This document shows positions 13,026 to 22,455 of a stretch of DNA of 64,000 nucleotides, piece by piece. A program made the translations under genes and the position numbers. The notes beneath the pieces were generated by a model. That model was given only the letters and a program-made list of their open reading frames with translations. It was not told where the DNA came from and searched no databases. This stretch comes from Eutreptiella sp. 'Long Island Sound 2002' (Eukaryota; Protista; Euglenida), in contig OZ038379.1 in the NCBI GenBank assembly GCA_964036045.1, positions 24,738,001-24,802,000 on the forward strand. The letters are read 5' to 3'. The first letter of the stretch is position 1. Each line of letters begins with the position of its first letter.

Positions 13026-13999
13026 ACACCGCGGGGCGTGTCTTCTTACCCACAGTGCGGCTGTAATGCTGCTTGGCGCCGACTCATTGGCCTTTCACGT
13101 GTTGACATCCAGCGCCCCCACTGGCACGCCCGGCAAGCCTCACGGGTCAGCTAATTGATTCCCCTCCCATCCCCTTTTTTTCGGCAGCCGCTAGTGCTGG
13201 ATGTATCAGTCCCTTGATCTTTTTTTTGCAGAGTGTGAAGACTTCTTGATCTGTTTATGCTGATACTCCTGTCTCCGCTCTGCTTGCGTCTGCCAGGGGG
13301 CTCTGCTTGCATCTGCCAGTGCCCTTTTCCCCCAGGAGTGAAAGCAGGGCTTTTGCAAAACGCAATGCGGAGGCATGGCAGTATTAGTACTTTGATGCAG
13401 AAGCTCTGTGCCTACAGCTTGTCCAGTTCACTCATCTACCTTCAACCACACTTCGTCCACTCCTTCTGTACTTCGGGTCCACACTCCTTGAACTCTTCAC
13501 ATACACATACACTTAACACACTTCACCACGCACACACACAAGCAAACCACACTCAATGCACCACACAAACTCCGTACACACGCACTGCCCTGATTTGGGG
13601 CGACTTGTACCATACCCGCAACCCTTTCACTTCATCCTCTTTCTTCCCTTTTGTACTCTACATACCGTATAAGTAGAAACCACATTTCCTCCTCAACTTC
13701 CACGAACAAAAAATGGGGACGTCAACCCATGGACAAGTTGATGCGGTTAAGAGCAAAAAAAAACAAAAAAAAACACACCATCAGAGCCGACACTTTCCCT
13801 TTCCTAGGCGAGCCGCCTCCGTGATGTATTCTATGCTCCATGTAATGTACATACTCTCATGAGGTCTTCCTTTTGGGGGACGTCAGCCCCAGAACAAGTT
13901 GATGCGGTTAAGAACATTCAAAAGACAATAAATAAAATTCGATATCGCTACACCCAAGAATCTTGAAATGTATAGATGTTCCGGAACTAACTGTAGTTT

Positions 14000-14076
14000 C
14001 ATGCGCGAGGCCTTGCGCATGGAATGGCACATGGGAAACATTAAATTATCAGTGATGTTTGCGCGAGGCCTCGCGC
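14000..14076. promoter_or_regulatory. Pair of GCGCGAGGCCTCGCGC palindromes upstream of the transposase
   Basis: CATGCGCGAGGCCTTGCGCATG at 14000-14021 (1 mismatch) and a perfect 16-mer at 14061-14076. Confidence 0.6.
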
Positions 14077-14114
14077 CATGCAGGTCATAGGCGCGCATAG
14101 AAACAGAAAATTGA

Positions 14115-14345
14115 CAGATCCACCAACTACACAGCATGTGCATTCCCTTTGATGCGGCGCTGCTGCATGGGCGCCCATGCAGGTCCCGCCGGCATCTCTA
14201 GTTTTCATACTGTGGTCACCGCTGACTTCACTGCCCAACAGCGATGGTAGCGCGCCGCAGCTGGGTACCGCAACTAGGCCAAACCAGTGAAATGTGGGAC
14301 CACCAGACAGTTACAGTAGACCGGAAATGGTGCATGCGACAAGCG
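14115..14345 (+). repeat. Conserved block, copy 1 (direct repeat of 25917-26150)
   Basis: 15 differences over a 156 nt gap-free core versus copy 2. Contains the perfect 20 bp palindrome CTGCATGGGCGCCCATGCAG at 14163-14182. Confidence 0.9.
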
Positions 14346-14463
14346 AATCATTGAACATTTGGTCGCGCGAAAAGTGTTTGACAGGTTGATGTTTCAAAGG
14401 CAGAAAGTTTTCGAACAGCGATTTTTAGGAAGATACAGTTACGCAATTTTTTTCACAGTAACA

Positions 14464-16461
14464 ATGCCTCTGCGAGAAGTGTCGGACCTTGAGAAGACAG
14501 TGGCCGCAGCATCTGGAGTATTCCGCGATGTCTGCTCAGAGGAACCGCCGTATCACACGGCAGAAGAATTGTGGGAAGGGCTAAAACAAGGGGACGAGGG
14601 CGCGCAATTGTTGTTTGTGTTTTTTCTGCGTGTGCGCAAAAATGAACGGACACGTTGCAGCGTTGAAAAGGCAATCGTGGCAGAGGGTAAGAGATGGGTG
14701 TCTGTGTTGCTAGAAGAGCCCTGGCGCCTTTATTTACTGATGCGCCACCTCTCAGTTCCGTACCAGGGAAAACCAAAGTCTGTTATTGAGATAGAGGGAA
14801 GTAAGGCGCAGCGGCGCAATTTAGGAAAGTCAGGTCTGGCGCGATATAGCGCACCTTCAGTGAAGGAAAGGGCCGCAGTCAGGCTACAGACTACATGGAA
14901 CAAAATACACCAGCATTGGGTTGTGTTGTGGAGGGAATCCTGGTACAACAAACAATTTACCACACACCCTGACAACAGCGACAAGAGCCTTAACGCAACA
15001 CCGTTGGCTGTCTTGCTACTACGGGATGCACCACGCTACTGGCATGGTCATCCTAGCCTGGAAGAGCTTGAACGGCGTGTTCCTGTTGTTGCGCGCATGC
15101 TGGGGAACACTCAGGGAACCTTTGCACGTATCCTGCGTGATCTAGGATTTGCAAGCACGCGGCCTGTTGTGCGAAACATTAGGGCACCGCTTGACATTTT
15201 TCGCCCAGTGCCTTCCAAGAGACCGCATTGGCGGCCACTCTGTCTAAGCAAAGAAAAGGTAAGCGGCAACGTATCGCTTCTTAACCTACTGCAATTCACT
15301 ATTAGGACTAATAGGGACTTGGCGCAACACACTCGGCCAGTTGTGCCTGTTTTATGTGACAAGAACATCCATTACGGCATTTGTAAGATGATGTATGGTG
15401 AAAAAACAACGGGTTGGAATGTCCTGTTTTTTTGCGGTCACACCCTATATTATATGGTTTCTGGCACGCGTACAAATTTCACGTTACACAAACATTTCGC
15501 TCGTTTTGGCCGATTGTGACCTTTTTTCCGTAAAGGTTTGTTGCGCAGCGGTGACACAGTCCCCTGTTTTCCGAAGCTGATCACAATGGAGATAACTGTT
15601 GGTGCACTGCTGTTGGGTATGGGCCCCCACATACGGCGCCTCAACAGGAAATGTCACTCCCTTGGGATGGCACCACCAGCGAATCGGCGAAGTTGTCTTC
15701 GGTACGCTGTGTGTAAACCCATGCACGTTCTGTTAACACAATACTATCCTATGTTACTATACCTAGGAGACCTTGTATGGCAGTGCAATCGGTCCGGTGA
15801 GACCGCTAACACGGGTGTTTTTTCTTCCGAGGGATTGCAGATTGTTATGTGTCTTTTGAACCGTTTGAACATGGGGGGCACACTTTTAAAGTATGAACGC
15901 ACTGTTGCAACTGCCTTATTGTGCCAGACTGCATGGCACTCAGCCATGCCTGGACAGGCTTCTGCCGGGGAGTTTTGTGAAGGTCTACTCTCCAGTCTTG
16001 TGACGAAGAAAGGGCAAAACAGGGGTGCAGTGACCATTGAAGATGTTGACGATCTGTACCATCTAATCACTATCCGGAAAGAAGGTCACATGGTGAACTT
16101 CTGCAAAATCCCCAAATCCTTTGTCGATTCCGTGCGTTAGTGGTTAACCGCTTACGTGAACGCAGAGCGTGTGTACGTGCCTTGGGTTAGGTAGTGCGCG
16201 GAGCCTACTTGTGTAATCCAGGCAAATTGGCTACGCAGGGGTGTACCCAGCTCTCCACCGTTTCCTGTAATTGCAAAGGGTTCTAACCATTACAAACAAG
16301 TCCTTGTGTCTGTGTTGTTGGTGATGACTCAGCAGGGGCCGCTTAAGACTGGTTTTAAGAGAAAATTGTCGGAGCTGATTCCCCAACGCAGTGTGTTTGA
16401 GGAGCAGAGAGAGGCTGACACAATCCGAAACGTTCGAAGAAGATTGGAGACCATGCAGTGA
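14464..16461 (+). pseudogene. Decayed DDE-type transposase resembling the RAG1/Transib/Chapaev/DUF6589 group
   Basis: ATG at 14464 follows a T-rich CAG acceptor. Candidate catalytic and insertion-domain motifs in order: VVLWRESWY, PVLCDKNIHY, PILYGFWHAYK (only in frame 3, 15444-15476, between two T-run frameshifts) and AGEFCEGLLS. Internal stops at 16138 and about 16192; ends TGA at 16459-16461. Confidence 0.55.
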
Positions 16462-16621
16462 TGCGCGAGGTAGTTAGGAAAAACCGTTGCGGTGCCTATC
16501 AGTTGTGCATTCTGAGCTATACCTTACCCGTTGTTGCTAAAAATGCGTCACACAGTGATTTTTCTCGACGATTTCAACCTTTTGTAATACTTCGTTTCTT
16601 GCGAAACAGTCTTTCTTCTTA

Positions 16622-19506
16622 CAGGGGGAAGTAATAGTTCATATATGCAGCGGTTGCCAAAAGGTGATTTTAGACGTGTTTTTCATGCAGCGGTTGGTGA
16701 AAGGCTGGTGTTTTTCCATGTAAAGGTTCCTACCAACATCCTCCTCTTATGTTTACCTTAATGTTTCTTTGTATTTTCTATTTTGAATGCATTATGATGT
16801 CCCGTTTGAAAAACCAGAATGCTTCCTTTTGCTTGAATTTTCTTTTTCTACTATATGGAGTATTTCTCTACTGTAGAACCATTATTTCTTCTTCGAAAGC
16901 TCCTAGGGTTCTCATTTGTACAACACTGGTACTATTTCTCTCTCCTCGCTTTTTCAAAACATTATACTTTTTTTTCCTACACCCTGCGCTCTTGCTATTT
17001 GTGTAAATCGTTTTGTCTCTTTTTTCTTTCTTCGAAACCTGCACTCCTTTTTGTGCTGAAAAACCTACACTGTTTCTTTTTGTCAGTCACTTCTGCATTC
17101 AAAATGCGGTTTTTTTTTACGTACTGAAATATTGCTTGTTTTTTTTCGTCACTGACTTGCATGTTGCAAATCCTGTTTTTGTTTATATTGTTTTTCTTCT
17201 CTGAAGTGGTCACAGCTCCTGCTTTTTTGTGGACCACCATTGCGGTGCGCAACTCGCGTGAGTTACAAAAAATGCCCAAAAAAAAAGTGCTCTCGTGTGC
17301 AAATCGTCCAACGCTACAGACTTCACTGTTCTTTGAGGGACATGTCGCTGTTGCAAAGGATGAACCACATATTCATTTCATCGCTCCGGTGTTATTCAAG
17401 AGGAAACAGGAGGTACTACTCTCTTTCACTCATGGTAAGCAACACTGCACAGCTCAGAGTGCCTTCATCATCCGAAGTCTGCACTGCCTCCCGGGCCTCC
17501 CTTGCCCTTTGCCTGTTCTCTCTGGCCACACGCTGAGCATGTACATCACGTTGTGCAGCACGAAACCTTTTGGCAAGTCTGTCCAACCGGGTCTCAGCCC
17601 TGCTCTTTGCTGCTCTTTGTATAGGTGGTGTGTCTGGGACTGACAGGACGTCAATGTTGTCCTCCACCTCTGCCCCAGAGGCTTCATCTGCCTCTGCTTG
17701 TGCCTCTGAGGCTTGCTCTAGATCTGAAACATGACCAGGAACAACGGACAGCAAAGGTGCAGGCATGGGGATGGCTGCTGAAGGGCAGGGGAGGTCCAGA
17801 TCATCTACAAATTCTGTCACTCGTACCTCTGTAAACACCATGTTCCAGCTGCTGAGGACGTGTGTGGTTGTCGAAGGGGATGCAGTCCATTCAGCAAGCC
17901 AAGTTACAAGGAGCGCCTTCATCTTACGCTCGCTGCTATCCAGCTTGGAGTGCTTTGGCAGCAGTCCATCGTGGATCTTCAGGCAATGGTCAACTTGGCG
18001 ACGCTTCAGTCTGTCGCGCAACCATGCTCTCATGCCTGGATTGATGACCACATCGCTAGCATTGCTGACATGGCTGCGGCGAGCGTGGCCAAAGAAAACA
18101 TATATGTGTGGACGCGCCACAAAGTAGTATAAGTTGGCTAACTTGATTTCAGCATCATTGACGCGCTTCAACTCATCATCGTCGAGATGGCCTCCAACCC
18201 AGTCCATGATGACAACACACGGGTACTTCTGCGCAACGCCATGGTCGCGTCTGTCGTTCGGCACTTCAGTGTCGACCTTGATCATCAGGCGTTTGAACGT
18301 GTCGCCAGTCTGACACTTCTCCTCCGCGTGGTCTTCGTGCATGTAGGATGGCAGGCCCTGAGGCGGGTCGAGACGTGCATGGCAGCGACTTGTCTCTCCT
18401 CTGTGCAACACTTGTAGTACCTTTACGGTGCCTTCAGGGTTGACCACAGGCGTGGCCCTGGCCTGTCGGTTGTCAGCGCGGCTGTAGTGTCTGACCTGTT
18501 TTTCTCCGGCTGCATACCCTCCGCGCAACTTGGGCGCATACTGAAGGGGCGTCTCGTCCAGCCCCAACTGCGCCCACGCCGGCAGCAACTGGGGTTCACC
18601 TTCAGGGATACGCACACCATACTTTTGAGGCTGCTCAACGAGGTCCAAGAAGTCACGTCTCCATTTGTTGTCGGGCGCTAAGTCCGACACTCTAGAAGGC
18701 AGCCGCTCAGTCGTGATCTTCTTGAGACAACCCATCCTGTGCCTGCGACGAAAGGTTCCAGCCCATTGGCGGTCCAAAACAGGAGCAAGACCAGGCCCAC
18801 GAGATCTCTCAGCGACTGTTCTTCCAAGCGCCGCAATGGTGTCCAGGTCAATCACGGCAGCCTCATACTTCAACTCTTTGATGAACTTCGGAATGGTCTC
18901 CTCCTCTCTGTGGCTGGGAACTGAGTTGGTGCCGTACCCTTCCAGTGGCTCACCCTCCTGCACCTTGCCAGCCCAGGTGCGAAGCGTGTTAAGGGGCGGC
19001 GCTTGGCACCCGTAACGCAGCACAACGTGGTCGTAGTTACCTTCCAGGAACAGTTGCACACAAGGGGACTTTTGCGCCAGCGTCCACTCTAGCCAAGTGC
19101 TCGACGCTGAGCTCTTGTATTGACGGGCCTTAGAACTGGCGGAGACCTTCTTGCTCTGGGACTGTGACACCACTGCAGCCAGAGCGTCGTTCATGTACTG
19201 GCCTCTCTTTGTGAGGAAGCGCTGCATGGCTGAAGACAGAAAAATTATGAATGTTATTGATCATTATTGTTACTATCATCATTATTACTACTATTATGAC
19301 CACAGAAGCTCAACAGAGCGTGATACAAAAGCCTCTGTTCTCCTTTCCCAGATTTGACCAATTCCGGATCACATCTGCGCAGTTTTAGTTCGTTGTTGCA
19401 GCGGTTCGTAACAGCTGGCGGTTTCTACATGCAGCAATTCGAAACGCCACCCATACAAACTGCTACAAAACGAACCTTTACACTTACGAACCATTACCAT
19501 CCCCTG
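16622..19506 (-). mobile_element. pogo-like (IS630-Tc1-mariner) DNA transposon, 2885 bp, nested
   Basis: TA at 16620-16621 and 19507-19508. Imperfect 34 bp TIRs, CAGGGGGAAGTAATAGTTCATATATGCAGCGGTT versus the reverse complement of 19473-19506, CAGGGGATGGTAATGGTTCGTAAGTGTAAAGGTT (24/34 identical). Encloses a transposase ORF. Confidence 0.8.
17416..19227 (-). CDS. pogo/Tigger-type transposase, 603 aa, DD49D
   Basis: N-terminal HTH-like LNTLRTW and CENP-B-type LDRQWAGTFRRRH. Catalytic LGLDETPLQY, VVIMDWVGGH and SHVSNASDVVIN, with 49 residues between the second and third Asp. Acidic/basic C-terminal tail. Confidence 0.88.
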   Translation of the reverse strand: MQRFLTKRGQYMNDALAAVVSQSQSKKVSASSKARQYKSSASSTWLEWTLAQKSPCVQLFLEGNYDHVVLRYGCQAPPLNTLRTWAGKVQEGEPLEGYGTNSVPSHREEETIPKFIKELKYEAAVIDLDTIAALGRTVAERSRGPGLAPVLDRQWAGTFRRRHRMGCLKKITTERLPSRVSDLAPDNKWRRDFLDLVEQPQKYGVRIPEGEPQLLPAWAQLGLDETPLQYAPKLRGGYAAGEKQVRHYSRADNRQARATPVVNPEGTVKVLQVLHRGETSRCHARLDPPQGLPSYMHEDHAEEKCQTGDTFKRLMIKVDTEVPNDRRDHGVAQKYPCVVIMDWVGGHLDDDELKRVNDAEIKLANLYYFVARPHIYVFFGHARRSHVSNASDVVINPGMRAWLRDRLKRRQVDHCLKIHDGLLPKHSKLDSSERKMKALLVTWLAEWTASPSTTTHVLSSWNMVFTEVRVTEFVDDLDLPCPSAAIPMPAPLLSVVPGHVSDLEQASEAQAEADEASGAEVEDNIDVLSVPDTPPIQRAAKSRAETRLDRLAKRFRAAQRDVHAQRVARENRQRAREAREAVQTSDDEGTLSCAVLLTMSERE

Positions 19507-19846
19507 TATCGCAGAATGGCAAGCCCTGCCAAAAAGACAGTTGAGGAACTGGTGGATACCGACCACAACCCTGACAAATCGGAATCGGAGGCTGGAACGC
19601 CAAAGAAGGGGCGGAAGAAGAAGGAAAAACCGGATCCTGGCCTGACAATGGGTACAGACATCGAGGACTACCTGCAGCCAGATAGGAAGCACGTGGAGGT
19701 TGAGCTGGACAATGTGAGAAGCGACCAGGAGAAGACAAGAGAACAGATCCGACGGAAAGATGCGAAGTTAACGCAGAAGCGTATTGAGTCACTTGAAGCA
19801 GCACCACCAACAGGCCCCATACACGTCGTTCTCTGGGAAGACAACA

Positions 19847-19919
19847 GTATGTTACCAACCGACTGTTCCTTCTTCTCGCTGCGTGAGCCGTCGCGCATGG
19901 ACCTATCTTCTATTCGCAG
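19847..19919 (+). other. GT-AG intron 1 (73 bp) with a degenerate palindrome
   Basis: GTATGT...TATTCGCAG. TGCGTGAGCCGTCGCGCA at 19880-19897 matches the consensus at 15/18. Confidence 0.7.
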
Positions 19920-20282
19920 ATGGCGATTTTTTGGTGTGTATCTGGACAGCACAGCGTTGAAGCGGTTTTGAAGATTCAGGAGAAGCGACGTGCAGCATGT
20001 TTGGACTTGTACAAGTGGCATACCACATGCATGGCCGATATTTTGAAGACTGATACACCGTGGGCCTTCCGTGCAAAACTGGCGGGACAAGCACAAGGAG
20101 GCGCACAAGACGTTGAGCCGATACCATTGTATGAGGCGGCAGATGACCTCCTTCGATGCGTTGAAGATCCGCGGGGGCGGAACCTACCTGACACATACAA
20201 CAATCTCAAGATCGCCATTGTGGATGCTGTGCAGATGAGTGCCCTTGTTCCAACCGCTGAACTGAAAGAACCGGGTCAATTC

Positions 20283-20353
20283 GTATGTTCGTTTAATGTT
20301 GTTTCGACGCTGCTCGTTGCGCGAGGCCTCGCGCATTACCTTGTTGTTCTCAG
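20283..20353 (+). other. GT-AG intron 2 (71 bp) with a perfect 18 bp palindrome
   Basis: GTATGT...GTTCTCAG with TGCGCGAGGCCTCGCGCA at 20318-20335. A phase-0 splice joins ORFs 19920 and 20369. Confidence 0.85.
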
Positions 20354-20651
20354 GACAAAACGTATAAATTGTGGAAGGATTTCATGACGTTTGCCTATTC
20401 TGCTGGTCCGGATGCTGTGAAAGGTCTGCAAAAGTTCCATGACAAAGGGGTGAAAGTCTCGAAGAACGCATTAGAGAAACTGGAGGGTGTCATCTTGCCG
20501 GAGTTCTACAAGAAAGTGGCAGCCGAGCTGCAGGAAGAAAAAACAACCCTCAAGTCGTTGCAGAAATCGTTGGACACCATCATCCTTGAACAGTGGGTCT
20601 CAATGCATCTGGACCACCCGGGGAACGGCTAGTACGTCCGATCTGAGAAAG

Positions 20652-20730
20652 GTGTGTATCTTCCATAAGGCCTAGGTTCTGTTCCTACACGGCTGCGCGA
20701 CACCCTCTCCTTTTTTGTTCTGTAACCAAG
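20652..20730 (+). other. Possible GT-AG intron (79 bp)
   Basis: GTGTGT...pyrimidine tract...CCAAG. Contains only a half-site-like TGCGCGA. The phase fits only with a 1 nt indel. Confidence 0.4.
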
Positions 20731-21422
20731 GACATGCGCAGCCGCAAAGAGGTTGCTCCACTTGGAAAGCATGCCCTGAAGGTGACTCTTGGCACATGGG
20801 GCTATGGGCAGGAACCGGAAGGCAAAAGTCGCGGTCCATGGCCCGCGTGAAAATCAATGTTGCGCGCACCACTGTGGCAGGTGGCAGAGAATGGCAAACC
20901 CGTTGTCATGAAAATTCCTCAATGTCCAAAGACTCCTCGGTACAGAGATTACCAAGAGCCGTGTGGTCCCCGCAGCTGCTGGCGTTACTGGTGACTTCAA
21001 GACAGTGGAACAGCACGATCCCTTGCTAGCAAGTCAAACTATCACAATTAAGGCAACTCCAATTGCAGCTCTGGTGAACGAATCCCCGAAGCGGTTGTTG
21101 GAGATTGACAAGAACCTGATTGTCATCAACGGCAACATATTTGAACATCTTGATCGTGAGACGATGTGCCCGGCTGTATGACAAAAGGGCGCGTGCTGAT
21201 ACACTTATCTGCGGATCTCAAACTGTTGTCGACAACATGTACAACGTTCTCGACATGGAGACGGAGAGGCGTCTCAACGATGATTTCAACGCGCCACGCA
21301 TTGGCAACATGTTGCGGATTCCCATCTTCACTTGGCGAACCAAACCCAAGGCAGCGGGGGATCCTACGTTGTTCGACGTTCGCTGGTTGCTGATTTCGGC
21401 ACCGGATAGCTGGACCAGAAAG

Positions 21423-21489
21423 GTATAATTTCGTCATTACGTCCTCTCTTTGCGCGAGGCCTCGCGCAATAACTTCCCTCTCTTTGCAG
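21423..21489 (+). other. GT-AG intron (67 bp) with a perfect 20 bp palindrome
   Basis: GTATAA...TCTTTGCAG with TTGCGCGAGGCCTCGCGCAA at 21450-21469. A phase-0 splice joins ORFs 21120 and 21484. Confidence 0.85.
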
Positions 21490-22328
21490 ATTCCGAACTA
21501 CCTGACGTTTGGACCTACTGAAGTACAGGAGATGGTAGACACTGAATTTGGCGGCCCCCTGCCGATAACGCTTGTTATGTGGTATTTCGATACTCACCTC
21601 CATCACCTGAGAGAGACTAAGGGCTTCAGGGCTGCTTTTGCTTTCATTGATCATCAACCAGACCTGGTGTGCAAGATTGCTGGCATCGAGCCGGATTCTC
21701 GCATGTACCATCTTGGTGTGTTCACCAACAGTCTCTCTGATTGGGTCAACAGAGTGCAGAATCAGCTGAACCACGTCTTGACACAGGGGTCAAAGCTGGA
21801 CGAGTCTGGTGATTGGGACAAGCAGACCAAATGGACAAACCGTGGTATTCCCCTTTGGGTTCGGGATGAAAAGCTGGGTTCTGATGGGTGCTAGCTGAAG
21901 GAGGAAGAGATCGTTCAGAAGGGTCAAGCTGCAAAAGCACAGGCCCCTGCGGCAAAGCAGAAGTCAACTGGTGAGGAACCTGCCACCAAGAAGAAGAACA
22001 CTGCTTCCAAGCCTCAGGCAGCGAAATCGGGTACCGGTGAAGATACCGACGAGAGCAATGGAGATGAGGAGGAGGAGAGCGACGAGGAAGAGGAGGAGGA
22101 ACCGCAGGTCTCCCAAGGCAAGACAGCGAAGAAAGCGGCAGCGAAACCAGGGTCCGAGGAGAGCCGGGCCAGAGCTCCATTCAAGGAGCCAGCTCTCCAG
22201 TCCCAGCCAAGGGACCAGCCCGTAAAGCCACCGCCAAAGGGTAAGATGTCCGTTGGTAAGTCTATGGGTGCTAAGATGCAAACTGTTCCGAAGAAAAAGT
22301 AATTTCTTCGGTTGTTCTGATATATTAT

Positions 22329-22455
22329 GCGCGAGGGGTCGCGCCATGCATTCCTCTTCGACGACCTTTTTGCTGTCACTTTGTGCGGCACATTTTTCGC
22401 TGTGATGCATTTTTTTGCGGTGTTGTGTTGATGTTTGCGCGAGGCCTCGCGCAAA
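22329..22455. promoter_or_regulatory. Pair of palindromes just downstream of the ParB-like gene
   Basis: GCGCGAGGGGTCGCGC at 22329-22344 (2 mismatches) and perfect TTTGCGCGAGGCCTCGCGCAAA at 22434-22455. Confidence 0.6.

Larger units (their letters stand above)
19516..22302 (+). pseudogene. Multi-exon gene with a ParB/Srx-like N-terminal motif and a Lys/Glu-rich tail; carries stops and frameshifts
   Basis: ATG at 19516 follows a CAG acceptor. Splicing gives RIESLEAAPPTGPIHVVLWEDN-NGDFWCVSGQHSVEA, which needs one T fewer in the run at 19927-19932. Introns 20283-20353 and 21423-21489 join neighbouring ORFs exactly in frame (PGQF|DKTY; WTRK|IPNY). In-frame stops at 20630, about 20846 and 21892. 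Confidence 0.65.

Noticed and set aside
14138-14150. Shared in-frame TGA in both copies of the conserved block, as possible selenocysteine
   Set aside because: No start codon, SECIS or selenoprotein motif supports it. Shared TGA is expected from 90% DNA identity.
16622-19506. pogo transposase as a second resident gene of the large element
   Set aside because: It has its own TIRs and TA duplication and lacks the palindrome, so it is a nested insertion.
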